A stretch of 64,000 nucleotides of DNA from assembly GCA_030141605.1 (NCBI GenBank), contig JAQGDQ010000039.1, positions 558,001-622,000 on the forward strand, in the 5' to 3' direction. Under the pieces are notes generated by a model that worked only from the letters and a program-made list of their open reading frames with translations, was not told where the DNA came from and made no database searches. Source of the DNA: Tubiluchus corallicola. Taxonomy: Eukaryota; Animalia; Priapulida. How positions within the stretch are numbered: the stretch's first letter is position 1; each line of letters begins with the position of its first letter. Positions 24,960 to 39,540 of this stretch are shown here, piece by piece. The position numbers were made by a program, and so were the translations under genes.

Positions 24960-25250
24960 AACAGATCTATAGTTAACGGGACAGTGATCGGACAGATTGG
25001 CACCATCGTGTATCGCAAAATACTGATTGATTCGATTAGTTAATCCTTTACTTACAATAAAATTATCAATATAAGTTTCAGTGTTAGTTAAAGGGTTAAC
25101 ATAACTAAAATCAGAATTAGATATTTGATAATATTGTATACACAAATAAATCGATTCCTGCATTTAAAATATGACGGAGTTCTTACATGAGCAGTGACCC
25201 TATTAAAATCGGTACCAAAATCCCCTCCAGTTATTATATTATCAGGATTA
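24960..25250 (-). mobile_element. Decayed LINE endonuclease (APE-like) fragment, CR1/L2 group
   Basis: Frameshifted motifs IITGGDFGTDFNR (GDFN-type) and TYIDNFIVS...DGANLSDHCPV (ID...SDHxP), the C-terminal motifs of LINE endonucleases. Confidence 0.8.
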
Positions 25251-26057
25251 GACTTTTTCCTATCTCTTTGTATGTTTCTCTTAATTTGTTCACGAGCCAC
25301 AACAAAGCCATTATTATCGTTCGAAGTTGAAGAAGTTTTTACTCAAGTCTCTTAGAACTGAGTTTTTCTTGTGTACGGAGACAGATTGCTTAGCTAGAAC
25401 TGCATTAATCTCACCTGTGTTCTCTCCCCTCCCCCCACATATGAACAGTCTCACTTTCTTCCTTAGTGAAGCTGCTGCTGGCATTGTTCATGAAGTCCGT
25501 TTCTTGACCAAGTACTCAGCCACTGCTGCATTGATCGTGCTGTCAAACTACGATATGCGTTCTCTGTTAGAAGCACTCAAATTTACTAAATAGGATACTG
25601 TTTCTCCCATTTTCGCCATGCGGTCAACAAAATAACAGATCTCAACTTCCTTTGGGCCGTAACATGGAAGTCGTGATAGACTTGATGCCACAAACACAAA
25701 CATTTCCAATCTTCACTTAAATCAGGTGTTTTAAGACCATCAATATTTCAGCGAAGTTAGCCTCGTGGGCCGCTTTAGTAGTAGAACCACGTCTGTTTGG
25801 TTTAACAGGCACGTAATTCTCTCAACAATCCCACAGAGTGCGTCACACAGGTAGTTTTTCAGATATATATATACCACTTTCGTCTTCACTGCATAATAAC
25901 GTTTTTCTTCATATGAATTATGTATACTAAATTCAACAATAACCGCTGGAAATGTGTAACAATTTGTCACAGCTCAGATTAATGCGCGTCAATGCTCAGC
26001 ATACCGTGACCAAAGTGGCGTTTACCTGGCATCCGGAGTACGTACGCGTTAAGTGGA

Positions 26058-26366
26058 GTTCGCCTAGCATTCAGAATGCGTACGCGTTAAGGGGGCGCGG
26101 AATGGATAAAATCGGTTTATATTGTTTTCAATGCACCCGTTTATCAAACCTGCCTTATGTGTTACTTTTTCTGCGGCTATTTCCTTTTGATTTTTAGCAG
26201 GTGGATAGCGCATTCCGGATGCTGCATAAACACCACTTTATGCGTTATCCACCTGTGGAATAAAAAATCAAAAGTCTGATAATCAGGGTGCACTGAAAAC
26301 AATATAAACCGATTTTATCAATTCCGTACTCTGCTAACACATACGCATTCCGGATTCTAGGCAAAC
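26058..26366. repeat. Long imperfect inverted repeat (foldback), ~310 bp
   Basis: GATAAAATCGGTTTATATTGTTTTCA (26105-26130) is the exact reverse complement of 26294-26319; pairing extends outward to 26058/26366 and inward (caggtggatagcgcat / atgcgttatccacctg). Confidence 0.9.
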
Positions 26367-29300
26367 GTTTCTTTATATGTCATGATTATATACCAGTTGT
26401 TGGGTTTCATTTCCAATCTTCTGGTAGGTTCTCTTCTTTGAATGTGATCATGAAATGACTGTTCTTTCTTCTATTTAATATCTACTTCTACTCGGAAATG
26501 AATTTAGTCAATTAGTTAATTAAACCGACAGTTCTTTTTCATTTATGTGACATGAGCGCCACCTTTTATCGATTAATTCCAACCCTATAAGTTCTGTGGT
26601 TTTTACACATTTTGTCACTCCGCGTAGCCGAGAAAAGCCGCCCAAAAAGAGTTCAAAAACAGAGTAAAATAAAAACTCACTGAAAAACTATTACTGTTAA
26701 TAAGAAAATAAGAAAGTTAATACAAAAACCTGTAAAAAATTCCAAGGGAAAAAATTACGCCGCGACGTCGGCATCAGGAAAACAAATCACACACAAACAA
26801 TGAAAATGTAGCCCATGTTAGAAACTCCGCGAAGTGTTTGCTCCAACTGAAAATGGTTTGTGTATCTTAACATTACCTAATTGCGTTTCCAATAGAGCAA
26901 ATAACGCTAGCAATGCAATCAAGCATCCAGTTTCCCCCCTGTAAAATTGATTTCTTTTCTGGCTGTATCTTGTTAGTAATGCTAAGAAATCACAGTGCAA
27001 ACCCCAAAAGACAGGAAACCTGAACTAAAGGCAGCAAGTGTTTCATGTTAAAGAAGTGAAGGTCGTATAGTTACAAACACTTGCCAGGTTCTCCTAAAAT
27101 GTGTCAAACAATTGCAGACAAACTAAAGCTGCATCTACAGCAAGGTTTTCAAAACATGTGTAAGTGTTCAAACAAAGAAAATACTGGTGAAATTGCTTCA
27201 CTGTTTACATAAACGCATGAACTGAGTTATATGGTACAAAAGCCCATCTCCCAAACCAAGACATGCTTCACCACGAATCCTGTAGGGAGATCTACCACTT
27301 ACTGAATACTGATGATATGGCACAAGTTTATCTTGTGGTCACTAAAACACTGAGCACTGACCAAACATATCAGTACTTTTGAAAACTAAGGCAATAAAAT
27401 ATTGTCAACTGCTATTTAAGTATTAGGTTGTGCAAAATTATGGCCTATGGACGAAATCATGAACAAAGTCCAACGTTGCAATTTCATTCACAGTGGATCC
27501 AGACTAAATTTAGATTCTTCACGGAGATATCCAAATTTAGCAATGGAATTTATACATACATAAACTTAAGCAAATAGAATTAATAGCGTTAAACACTATT
27601 TAATTATTTATTTATCTTTATTTCGGATCACAGGTACACTTAAAGCCCAATTACTAAAAATTTGAATATAACCACAGCTGAGCATGGCCACAACGTTTAC
27701 GAAGATGCAAGTACGGTACACATATACAGTGAAGCTATGAGCACAATTAATGAAGAAATATAACATTAATTATGTTCAATTAATTGTGTTGAACTAGCAC
27801 AGCGTTTAGGTAAGCACTATAGCTTATCTTTTTGAAAAATGAAAAAAAAATTTACGACAGCATCCAAGGTGCCGAGTTATTCGTATCACTGGATATCCTC
27901 TCTTGAAACATAATTCTTAACATAACTCAGGCTTTACCAACCTTTATACTATGAAGGAATAAGAAGTAATGAGTTATTCAACTAGCAGATATAAGTGCAG
28001 TAAGTAATTGATACACTGGAAGTGGTGGGCAGATTGTTAGCACTTCTGTAGCAACCCATTTAACTAAAAAATCTGGAATTTTCCATTAAATACCTGCAAA
28101 TTTCTGGACTTTTCTATATGCAGCATCAATGCAACTAATTGTTGCCTTAAGTGAACTTAACACTTTGGAATGTGACAAATTATAAACAGAAACCAAAGAA
28201 ATCCACTTTTTCTATAGCCAATGGTTGCAAATCTCTATCACCTTTGTTAGAGAGGCCAGGCCAGAATGAAAACAAGTAAAGAGTTAAGCCTATCATAATG
28301 ACACAGCTAAACAACAGTTTCCGCGTGTAAGTAATTCTGGTTCTGGATTCTGGTTTTTAATTCACATGAACTCTGATAAAAAATTGTCAAGTTCAGAGGG
28401 CATCGTTTAAAAATGCCGGAAGTGAACAAGATTTCAGTTCCATATGCTTGAGCTTGTGTGCATTCTAGGAAGAAAAACTTATTACCAAGCTATAATTATC
28501 AAATGCATTATACCAATTTTACATCACAAAGTATGAAACAAACTGCAAAGAATGCATAATGTGTTTCTTATGTTTATGGTGACACGAATGCTTGTTTTTC
28601 TAACCAAGTAATGATTTAGAAACAAAAAGGTTCAAAGTTAAGATCATGTGAGCTAGAGAGTCCCTAAATGATGTTTAGAAAGGCCTTGGGTGTGGCATGT
28701 AGATGGCTTTGCATGTGGATGGTATGGCCCATCTTTAAGTAACACGAAATGGGGAGACTGAGACATATAACCTTCCTCGTAACAGCATGAGTTCAGCAAC
28801 GTGACCCACTAAGGAGACTAGAACCACTGCCATGTGTTTTTTACGACAAAACACAACTGTAAAAATGATATTACGAGCAACACCAGCCAAGAACAAAATG
28901 TAGCACATCGGTTCCAGATGAAAGTTGGTATTTCGGCTGCAAGTCGTTACAAACTGCTCTAAGGCTGCGAGAAATTCAGCACACAGGTGCAGAAAACAGA
29001 CCCCCATATACTTTCAGAAGAATTCAATGTGGTGTAAAATGACTGAGCGATTTTGTCTCATAATCCTAATCCACAAGTGCAAAACCAATTACTTTTGCTA
29101 TTGATCCGTCACCATCATTTGTAGATATTGCTAAAGAAAGTAAAAGTTTCAAAAATCTTTAAAATGCCTATAGTTTTAAATCAAACTTGTCTCAAAGATG
29201 TGTTTATCAATACGTCACCAAGAAGAATAAGTGTAACACTTTAAAAAATGCAGTGAGCACAACTCAAAAGTTGTGAGTGAAAAGGCAACAAAAAAGTTTT

Positions 29301-29988
29301 GGTGTGTCAACTTTGCATTTGCTTTGGCTGTACTATACATGACTCGATGGAATATTTTTCCTGCAAGAAAAAGATTTCCTGTCTACTGTGAAAATCCTCA
29401 AGTTCATGTAAACTTATGGCAAAATACACTGGTTTTACTCCTTAACTAGTTGGAATCCTTCTACAACTATCATTCTGTATTATACTATATAAATAAATGG
29501 ATAAACCATGCTTGTTGCTGTAAAATCTAGTGTATTTTTAATATAAATTTGTTCAGTATTTCAACATTATGTCCTCTTCAAGAATATGTAACCGAAATTA
29601 CAATATGAACAATCTTAGATTAAAATTGCTGATCTCAAATTCAATTCAAATTATTTTCTTCTAATTGAGCTTACAACGACCATCCCCCTTCACATTAAAA
29701 TTTGAAATAGCTGAAGAGGAGATCAGAAAGCTTTCCTTAATATTTCTCTCAACTATCTCTTTGCAGGTTTCTAATTAATTTAATAGTGATAGGAGCTTTT
29801 AGCAGGGATTTAGCTTGGTTACTGCTACAATTTTTCCAATTTTAATCTAACATTGTGCTTAAAGAGGACGTAGTGTCGAAATATTGATCAAATAAACAAA
29901 AAATACAACAGATTTTACTGCAAAAAGCTGGGTTTATTTATTTATTTATTTACTGGTTTTACTGTACACAGTACTATAAATAATATAC

Positions 29989-30069
29989 CTGCTGCTGCTG
30001 AGGTAGGATTATCTGCGGTGGTACAGCAGTGGGGTGTAACAAGTCTAGAGCCTGGCTTGGCATCAAACA
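29989..30069 (-). CDS. FAM53: FAM53-like protein, predicted 81-nt internal exon
   Basis: ttctctgttgcag acceptor, CAG|gtatat donor, phase 0-0, open frame CLMPSQALDLLHPTAVPPQIILPQQQQ. No homology support. Confidence 0.55.
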
Positions 30070-30187
30070 CTGCAACAGAGAACAGCTTATTTACACTTAC
30101 AGGCAAATATAGCTGCATGCACACAAAGAGTATGGAGGACATTTGCAACTAGAAATACCACAAACGGGGAGAAAATGAGAGGTGAGT

Positions 30188-30340
<153 letters not shown>

Positions 30341-30751
30341 TGAGAGAAGAGGCAGAGAGAAAATGAGAGGGGCATAAGATGTGAAAAGATGCAAATGAGA
30401 AGAGAATGACAGAGAGGGGAAGAGAGAGGGGGAGATCTGAGACATAGCAAATCAGCGACAGAAATTAGTTTATGGCACTTAACACAAAGGTTAAAGTAAA
30501 TATATATACATGCACAGGCACTTAGTACCTTACTGTGCAAGTAACTATGCTTAATTATGTTAATCATTAGACAACAAAGAAATGTCTGTTGGGTTTTTCA
30601 AAATTTTTATCAATGCCCAATATCATATACAAATATGTGTGATCCAGAATCTATTCTTTTGCTGATAAAGGTAGCCATTATTAAAAATCACGTTCAGATT
30701 TATTTAACTTTCAAAGTTGTTTGCTTAATTAATATATAATTATAAACTTAC

Positions 30752-30829
30752 TTGAAACGAAACATTATTTAGCTCCTTATTCATCCTATTGTTTGTTTCA
30801 GTGACTAGCCTTGAAGACGGAAACGCATT
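30752..30829 (-). CDS. FAM53: FAM53-like protein, predicted 78-nt internal exon
   Basis: tttcttttcag acceptor, gtaagt donor, phase 0-0, open frame NAFPSSRLVTETNNRMNKELNNVSFQ. Confidence 0.65.
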
Positions 30830-31492
30830 CTGAAAAGAAAACAGCATTTTAAAAACCACCATTGCAGATTCTTCGAATATTCAATTCAGCTTGTCTTGTA
30901 CTTTTAGAAAGGAACGAAATAATTGGTAGTCGAAATGGTTTAACAATAGTTTTCCTTGTGGTGGCATACTGCTCTGGTGTGAATTTAGTAAGAAAATAAA
31001 CTTAAATAAGCACAAGACCTTAATTTCACGTTAGATTAATGTTGAAATAATGATTGCTCCTGATCACCACAGCATGATGACATTTTCCGAATAAATTCGG
31101 TACTTTAAATGGCTCTTATAGATTGCCATTTAATGCTCAGAACTACATCAACATACAGATAATACAGAACTCTTTGGTAATTGCCAGAATTAATGCTTTG
31201 CCTGATTACTATTCTTCACAATTCTTCGTGATATCCTTTAGTGCACTACAAAAATTTATGAAACCATAAGAGACACATATCACGTTATTAGTGTACATGT
31301 GATACAAATATCTGTGGATTGATATACTCTTATGCGGTAACATCTGTTTTCTGCAAAACACATAGTAACATTAAAATCAATATTCCGCAGATTTAAATCA
31401 AGAAACAAAGAACTCTGTGAAAAGTTTTGATAAAACAGTGAATGTGATCATTGTGCTGCAATAAAATGTCTTTACTTCATTACTTTCCTCAC

Positions 31493-32379
31493 CTCTTTCA
31501 TTTTATACAAGTCCAGTGAAGGCCTACTTATGTGCTCTTTTGGTCTCTTTCTTTTTATTCCGCACTTCTTATCAGCAACACAAGGGTGTGACCTGGTCCT
31601 GGACAAGCGATGAGAACTAATGCATTTGATCGTGGCGGCCCTTCTGGCTTTATTGGAGGCGATGTGATCCTCTGACAGAGACATGCTGCGGTACTTGAAG
31701 TGATCATCTTCTCCTGAAGATTCGAGAGCCTTCACAAATTTTGTGAAATCAAATGGTTTGCTTGACGCCGACAGTGGTCGAGGAACTGGTGATTCGTGTG
31801 GACTATTCCTAACAGCCGCACTGGAATGCTTCAGCGACGTCTGCAAAATGAGCTCCGCGGAGCCTAGAGATCGATACACTGGATTTGGTTTGTGCAAATT
31901 TGGTACGTGACCACTAAAATACTTGTGCGTATTGTTATTGTTCTGTCCATACACATCGCCACTATAGTGTCGCTCTCGCGAAAAGAAAGCAGCGTCACCA
32001 CTGTAATGCCTATCACGTAAAAAGTCCCTGGGACCTTGAAACTGAATGGCTTTGAAATGTACCTCATCTATCGCTGGAAAGTTGAAATGTCCCGGCTTGT
32101 TGTTCTCGTTATTCTCGTATTCACTACTAGTGTTCGAAAGCGAGCGGCAATGCCGTTTCTTTGGAGGATCTGTACAAGGCACCTCCATGTGGTGAGATTC
32201 AATGCTGCGATCGGATTCAGGTGGTGCCCATGATTGGTCATCACTGATCCCATCTCTTGAGCTATCGCTATAGTATGAATCCGGAGCACGATCCAGATCT
32301 GAGTCTGTGGGATGATCGTCTTCGTTTTGTTCTTCAGGATCTCGGTATATGTATGGGTTACACGGCATTGGTTCCCTCA
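31493..32379 (-). CDS. FAM53: FAM53-like protein, main exon (887 nt)
   Basis: FAM53 motifs PPKKRHCRSLS, LSRTRSHPCV, KKCGIKRKR and RPSLDLYKM; ttttttttcag acceptor (phase 1) and GAG|gtgagg donor (phase 0). Confidence 0.9.
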
Positions 32380-33469
32380 CTGAAAAAAAAGAATTACAGT
32401 TAGATATTAACTAACATGAGTCATCTTGCAATGGCTTCTTTCATTAATTCAAATTTGGCTTGATATTGACCCTTGTTAGTCAATAGCAATTTTCTTACCA
32501 ATGGAGAAGAGATGGAGCTAAACCAATACTGCTACACTTAAAGAAAGTACTAGTCTAGATAATGCATTCACAGCTATGTCAATAATACTCAATGTGGTAA
32601 CTCTGGTAGTAGCAAGCCCCATTAATACTAAATGAAACTAACATGAGACATTGTTATGCAAGTATGATTAGGCAATTCAATGGTAATACAGCAAGTGCTA
32701 ATAACTGGTACAGTAACTAGTATTTTAGAAAAAAAATATTAGAACGATAGAATTTGCTGATGTAACAAATGAAATTAAGAACATGCTTTGCAGCTTTGGA
32801 AACGTCAATCGATGATAGAATGAACCAACGTTATAAATTAAATGGGTTAAAGCTAAAGTGAGTGATAGCAAAACAGCAAAAAAGTTTAGATTACAAGTCG
32901 TGATTAAAATACATGTTCCAACTAATTCATCTTTCTTAAAACTTCATTAAAAAATTAATAAGACAATTGATACATCATTTGACGGACAGTATTAACGGAA
33001 TAATTAGAGATTTAGTTAACATCAGTCATTACGGTTAGTGATCATTAAAATCTTAGTTTTTATTTTATTGTACAATTCTAAACTTTCTTAAATTCACAAA
33101 CTTTCCAGCAGCGAATGTGCAGATGGCTACACCTAAACGAGGATTTTGTCAGCAGGACAGCAGCCGTAGAACCTAATTTGGTCATTATTTTGTTCAGTTT
33201 ATCGTGCCGACATCTGTTCTCCATTGTGATGCTGCTAACAATCCACAAGGAAAACCGAAAAGTTTGCCCTTTTGGGGTCTATGGATAGTGCATACCAGGC
33301 AAGAACAATTCGTGAGAATCACCAGCTGTCTTCAAGAACATTTATTTTGTGGATTAGTACTTTCAGTTCATCACTACTAACTCGTTTTTGTTAACTGAGT
33401 TTACGAATACGGTCTAGATTTCGTATAAAGTTTAAAAATAAGAGTCTCTATTTTATCTATTTTGTTGTA

Positions 33470-33687
33470 CATGGTGTTCCAGAAGAAACAGTACAACAGT
33501 GGCATGCTAAATATGCTGATCAGTGATATGCTATAAAATCAGTTATTATGACGTTATTATGAGGCAAAAATGCAATTATATTTACGTAAATTTCAATTTC
33601 TATATCACACAACCTAGTGCTTGTACAACATATATAAGGACATAATTATCAGCATATTTGTGCTGAACTGTTTCTTCTGGAACCCCG
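33470..33687. mobile_element. Tc1/mariner-type MITE, 218 bp
   Basis: TA|catggtgttccagaagaaacagtaca at left vs tgaactgtttcttctggaaccccg|TA at right; inner inverted aaatatgctgat / atcagcatattt. Confidence 0.8.
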
Positions 33688-36600
33688 TATACTTCCTGGC
33701 GTATCTGATACAATTAGCAAGCAATCATAGACAAATACAAACAAACCACATAAACTAACTTTTAAAGCAGTCCAGTATATTCCCCATACTATAATTCATA
33801 GTTAATTACTATAATTCATAGCAACTACAATGTTATAGCACTATTAGAACACTACTATTTACAGTTCATCTAAATACAGCATTAGTGGATATTTAGCATA
33901 ATTATTTTGTAGTCAGTCAAATTTTCTTTCCCTCGTCTCCTAATTTCCCTTTTTCACTATCCTGTACTAATATTCCATCTTTCAAAATTCCTGTCAAGGT
34001 AAGAGTCAGGGAGACTTGTGACACAAAACATAATTGTAACTTTCTTTAAATTATTTACACTGTTAAATTGTAAAATTGCAATATTTAATACTGTGACATT
34101 GACTCTATAATATGTGGAATAACCGAATCTTATTGAAACTTGAACGAAACTTCGCATTAACATTCAAAACCAATGGAAACTACGTATCAGTTCAGGTTAT
34201 ACAAAAACAGATATTCCTGAACTGTTTTCCAGTAAAACATTCACAATCTCCATAATGCTAAATGAAAACACCGACGAGAAATGCAAAAAAGCTGTAAACT
34301 ATTCCTTCGCCAAGAGCCATAATTACTGGTTGAACGATTTCTGACCCCAAGTGTCTAACTACACAATCAGATGGCTATGATGATGGATCACATAAACACA
34401 AGTTAGCCTCTCAAGTTTTCGTCGCACAATCGTAACATTGTTTTTCAGGTTCAGGCTTTTTGCCATAGCGCTGTTGGAAAACTACTAGGCTTATAGAGCT
34501 TATTTATTTATATAATAGAGTGCAGTTCTCATTTGAAAGTTGTAATAACATGCATCTGATATGATTCAGCGGCTTGCCGCAGTTAGATGCATCATATTGC
34601 TTGGGATACATTAGTTACAGTCTGTTCATGCGGCAACGTGATGACATATTCAGGACGGTGATCGATAATAAACTCATAGAAAAAACTCACAATTTTGGCT
34701 AAGAAAAAGTCACGTAGTCAAACAAAAATGTTCACGTCAGTCATAATTTATTTAACTGCCATAAACAGAAAATATTTTAAATCGGAACCAAATCAGTTAT
34801 TAACAGACAATCTATGATTTGTACATGTATATTGACAACACTATTTATATATGATGGCATTGCACGTATGTGAAAAATCACGTTTTGTTCAATATCTTAG
34901 AGTTACGGCCAGAATTAGGGTTCGTGTTATTTCTTTTTTACCTGTGATTTTATTACGTGGAGTCGTTTAGGACCGCTATTCAATTTATAGAATCTGCGAA
35001 AGCCACGCCAACTTGTGAGAAATGACTTAAATTTTTCTTGTTTTGAAAATGGCAGTCAATCGAGTCATACGACCTACTTCCTAGATTTTTGTACTGCAAG
35101 TACACAATGTACGCATTGTACAAATACTTCAAAGTGCACAGGTTACAAAAACAAAAACTTGTCGTTACAAAAAGTAGTATATGTTGTCAAATGCGATGAA
35201 ATATAAACAATATATGGTTTGTAAAAAGACTTTTGAATTTGGATTTGTCGGGTACTTCTTAGTAGAAGTATACACACTAGATTTTCCAGGTCCTATGGCA
35301 AAAAGGACTTTACTTGAAAAACGGTACTCATGTACTGATACAAAAATAAAGTACTTGGAAATCGCTTTTGGCTAAAAATTAAGGCAAACTCATTGCATGA
35401 TCCAGTGTGTTATTCAATGATAAGCACAATTACGCATACTTGAGTGTTATGACAATGAATAAAGACAGATTCATAATTCATAATGAAAACTTAATCAAAG
35501 ATGAAAACAGTCGGCACGCAACGGCAGGATCAATCCAGCTTTTTCCCGACATTTTCAGTATAATAACTTTGGCGCTGTTGTTCGTGGTTTTCTATACATC
35601 AAAGAACTGGGGTCAACCATTACGCACAGCCTATTCCCCAGGAATGTTCAATGAACGTTACAAGCAATTTATTATGCATAAGAAAGACCTCTTAGCTAGC
35701 TCACGAGCAAATTGCGTGCGGATGCATGCAAAATGTCGATAAAACCTGAATGAAAGTCCAAATACCGCTGCCTCACCAAACCTTCCATGATTCTATATTA
35801 TTGCCTTTATCCCTATGTTGTTTTTTCACTTGCGAGCTAACTTTCTTAGCAACAAAGCGCAAAAAGCGCTGTCTGCGAATTACGAATTTCATACGCACAT
35901 GAACAATAATCTAGTGTTTAAAAATGCAACGTTTTTTATTGTAATATTTATATAGGACAGTAAAGAAATTTAACCAATTTTGTAATGATTAGCCGCTTGG
36001 TTAGCAATGAGCTCAGGTTCCCAAAAAATTATAATTTATAGAAAAAACTACACTAAATAAAAAATAGAAATTTATGAAAAGTGTAGGCGTTAAATGTTTT
36101 ATACCTTAGTGACCGAGCTACTGATGTTGCCAGCACAAAAAGAAAACGAAAATGAGATTTTTTTTCAAATTTTAGATTACCGCTGACGGCTCCATTATTA
36201 CTTTGGCTTGGAAATGTCTTAGCTGCTTAGCCTCGCAATTTGACCTGTTGTCAACGAAACAATAATCTTCGTTGTAAAAATGCCCTTTGAGCAAAGCTTC
36301 ATCCACAACAACCGGCTCCACTAAAGAAACAACTTTGCTCAGATTAATATCATAAAATGTATAATGAAGAAATGAAACAATTAATGAGGAACAGACCACC
36401 TTTTACTCATTGACGCTAACTGTATTGTTTGTATGAATTACGTTTATGCTGTACAAGCGTACACCCTTGACTAGCTGTCAAAAAAGAATTATCGAGTAAT
36501 GCTAGGAACGACAGATTAGCCACATGGGGGGGGGGGGGGTGCATGCTGCCTAACGAAAAACAACGAAAAACTTAATTTACTGCTGTTTTCATGCTTCTTT

Positions 36601-37129
36601 AATCATTTACAAACTTTTATTAATGACATTGTATTTTACTTGCCAAAATAGCAGTCATTACCGTACAGCCTTAGTGTAAACTGCACAATCTTGCAGGTGC
36701 TGAAACCTGCAAGTTAAAAAGGCAGATGTTAAAACCTCAGCATGTTGCTGCTAACATTAACTCCTTCTGCACCGTTGGGACTGCCATTACCAGAAGTTAT
36801 CATAACAAGAACTAGACGCGTTACACAGAGAACAGTGGAGATGTTGGGAAAGCTAGCAGCTAGGAATTGAATACTGAAGATCTCTCATAGAAGGTGGAAA
36901 GAAGGTGAAAATTTTTCACATTTTCCAATTTAGTACAGTACTGCTTTCGTGCGGTTTATAGTGGATCTTACCAAAACTTTCGATCAACCCATCCGGTAAA
37001 AAAGCGAGAGAAATTGCTACGGACAAATGAGGGTGCTAGCGGTACGATCGGAACGAAAACCATAAAAATGCTGTAGTCAAAGAAGCCAGCACCTAGGAGG
37101 AGAGTTAACTGAGTGGCATGGCACAGATA

Positions 37130-37270
37130 TGCAACCATGCCACGAGGAAATCCGTTAACTAATATGGATAACGCTCTCATGCCACGAGTGAGGTGCTGAC
37201 ATGGATAAGCCTCCAAGTCACGAGGAAGTGGGGTGACTGACATGGATACGCCCCATGCCACGAGGAATGA
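37130..37270. repeat. Degenerate ~40-bp tandem repeat, ~4 copies
   Basis: Recurring atgccacgag...atggata at about 37137, 37178, 37217 and 37255. Confidence 0.7.
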
Positions 37271-39304
37271 AAAGAGTTTGCGTGCAGGTGAACTCAGCAG
37301 CAACATCTGCGAGGTTTTTGGTGTATTTAGCCAATCATCCAATAGCGGCTGATCAATAAACCTGCAAACTGCAGAAAAAGGTCTAGAAAATTTACACAAT
37401 CGACCACACAATCCATCGGTTCAAATTCATACCACGCTCAGAGGAAAAGTTTCTGTGAGGTTTGTGACTCATTTTATTACTGTAAATATCTTTGTGGCAA
37501 AACGAGTCTACGATACTAGATGCATCAAGACACTATAAAAAAATTAATGACGAAATTGATAAATACACTCTGTTTCTATCATGCAACACAATATTATGCA
37601 ATGTTTGTTACATTTCTCAATGTAAACCTGCATGAATACGCATAGCATGCATGTATGGATGTGATGAATGGACTTGCATTGATTTAAGACCATATTGATT
37701 AACAGTGTTGAAGTGAATTAATTCATTAATTAGTATTATTGATCTGTCACATTGCATTATCCAGTGAAAAGCTCATAAATGAAGTTCAACGCAATGCAGA
37801 GCAAATTCAAAAGCAGAAGTATGTACTTCAGCGTCTACGATGTATTAATGTCTCATTGGCTATACTTTGAAGAAAATGTAGGCAAGAGGTTTTTCTTCAA
37901 TACCAGTTCTTCAATATGTAAGCATTGCTTGCTATGTGTAGCACCTGGATGACGCTAGTGCTAACATCACACAAAATAGACTACAATACAATACAATACA
38001 ATAATACATTATAATACAATCAGTACATTGTGCAATACATTACAATACAATACATTGTTCATGGCGTAAAATTCTCCAAGTTCCCATGGGCTTCAAAAAT
38101 AGCCCTCCCTGTACACTGCCAGTGCGGCAGATAGCTTGGGTAGAAACAATACTAAAACAGACCTAATTAGTGAATGATTATTACACGTGCATTTAAAGGA
38201 CAAAATTGCGAACAAACACGGTTTTCTTCGTTTTCCTTAACTTTATTCTGTTATCGTTTCTTCCTCCTTTTCTCAGTACTTCCTTGAAAAATTAAGCAAC
38301 GGGCGACAGTACAATATACAGCACTACTGAAGCGCCATCTAAGCTAAGAGTATGAGGTGCACGATGGTTCCAACGAATAGGTCAAACAGCGGGCAAATTC
38401 ATTATTCAGTAAAACTTCAAAAACAGACTGTTTGGGTTTGTAATTAGACTATGCGTGCAAGCAGTATATGCAACAACTAAGCACACCGGGCAGTTACCGT
38501 TAATGATGTATGAACAGGGGAGCTGTAGTTTTACAGCATGGTATAACTAAGGACTACCTGCCTCCTAAAGCATGCATATTGAAGGAGCCTTTTAATGAGC
38601 CTTTTAAAGATCTCAAACACAGTACACACCTGCCGTGCATACAGAAGAAGAACGTTGTCAAGAATAGTTCACATTTTGTTGGAACGAACAGGCTGTAAAA
38701 AAGGAAGAGTGAGTTGGGTGGCGATGGACTGCGGCGGAACGTAGAAAAAAATAAATCACAGTCATTACGACTTTTACTCATACAACACGGCACAAAATTT
38801 AAAAACAGCTAAACGCAGTGTTAATGGCACCCTATTTGGCCTTTACAAGCAAACAACCTGGACTATGTTTTGTTAAAAAATCCAATTCATTTCAAACACT
38901 GGCAAAAATACCAGAGGCTGATGACCCGATTATCAGGCGATACCTCTAAAAGGATGTTTGCGAACCTACAGTGAACACGATACATTACGTATCACATGTA
39001 CAAAACGGTCTAATAACACTGTTTATGAGTTCAAAATGCGCGTAAATCCTCTTCCATATAAACAAACGCCCGCAGGTATTCAAGACCATGCGCGTAAGAT
39101 AGTTAAGTTTGTTTAATAATAGTTCTATTATTTCTATTCTATTGTATAATATAATATTCTAATATTATATTCTATAATAACATTTGTATTAGTTGTTTTA
39201 TAACTATTGCAAATGTCAGTTAATTTTAAGAGATTATACGTAATCATTATGCTTGTATATGTACGACAATTGAATATAAAGAATTATATTATGCATATAC
39301 ATAT

Positions 39305-39540
39305 AATACAGTACAATACAATAAAATACATATACTACAGCACAATACAATACAATATATATACTGTACAATATACAATACAGTACAATATAATACTATA
39401 CAATGCAATACAATACAATACAACACAATACAATACAATACTGTACAGTACAGTACAGTACAGTACAGTACAGTACAGTACAGTACAGTACAGTACAGTA
39501 CAGTACAGTACAGTACAGTACAGTACAGTACAATACAATA
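39305..39540. repeat. (CAATA)n/(CAGTA)n pentanucleotide microsatellite
   Basis: Pure CAGTA run at about 39445-39530 inside a degenerate CAATA tract. Confidence 0.95.

Noticed and set aside
27303-27341. Possible 39-nt poison exon in the FAM53 intron (ttttag ... gtaagt, begins TGA)
   Set aside because: Such splice-like pairs are expected by chance in a 15-kb intron; no further support.
31472-32380. Stand-alone 302-aa gene starting at GTG
   Set aside because: The GTG overlaps a splice acceptor and the frame leaves at the donor at 31492; it is an internal FAM53 exon.
36968-37411. 147-aa ORF
   Set aside because: Spans a degenerate tandem repeat; no recognisable domain.
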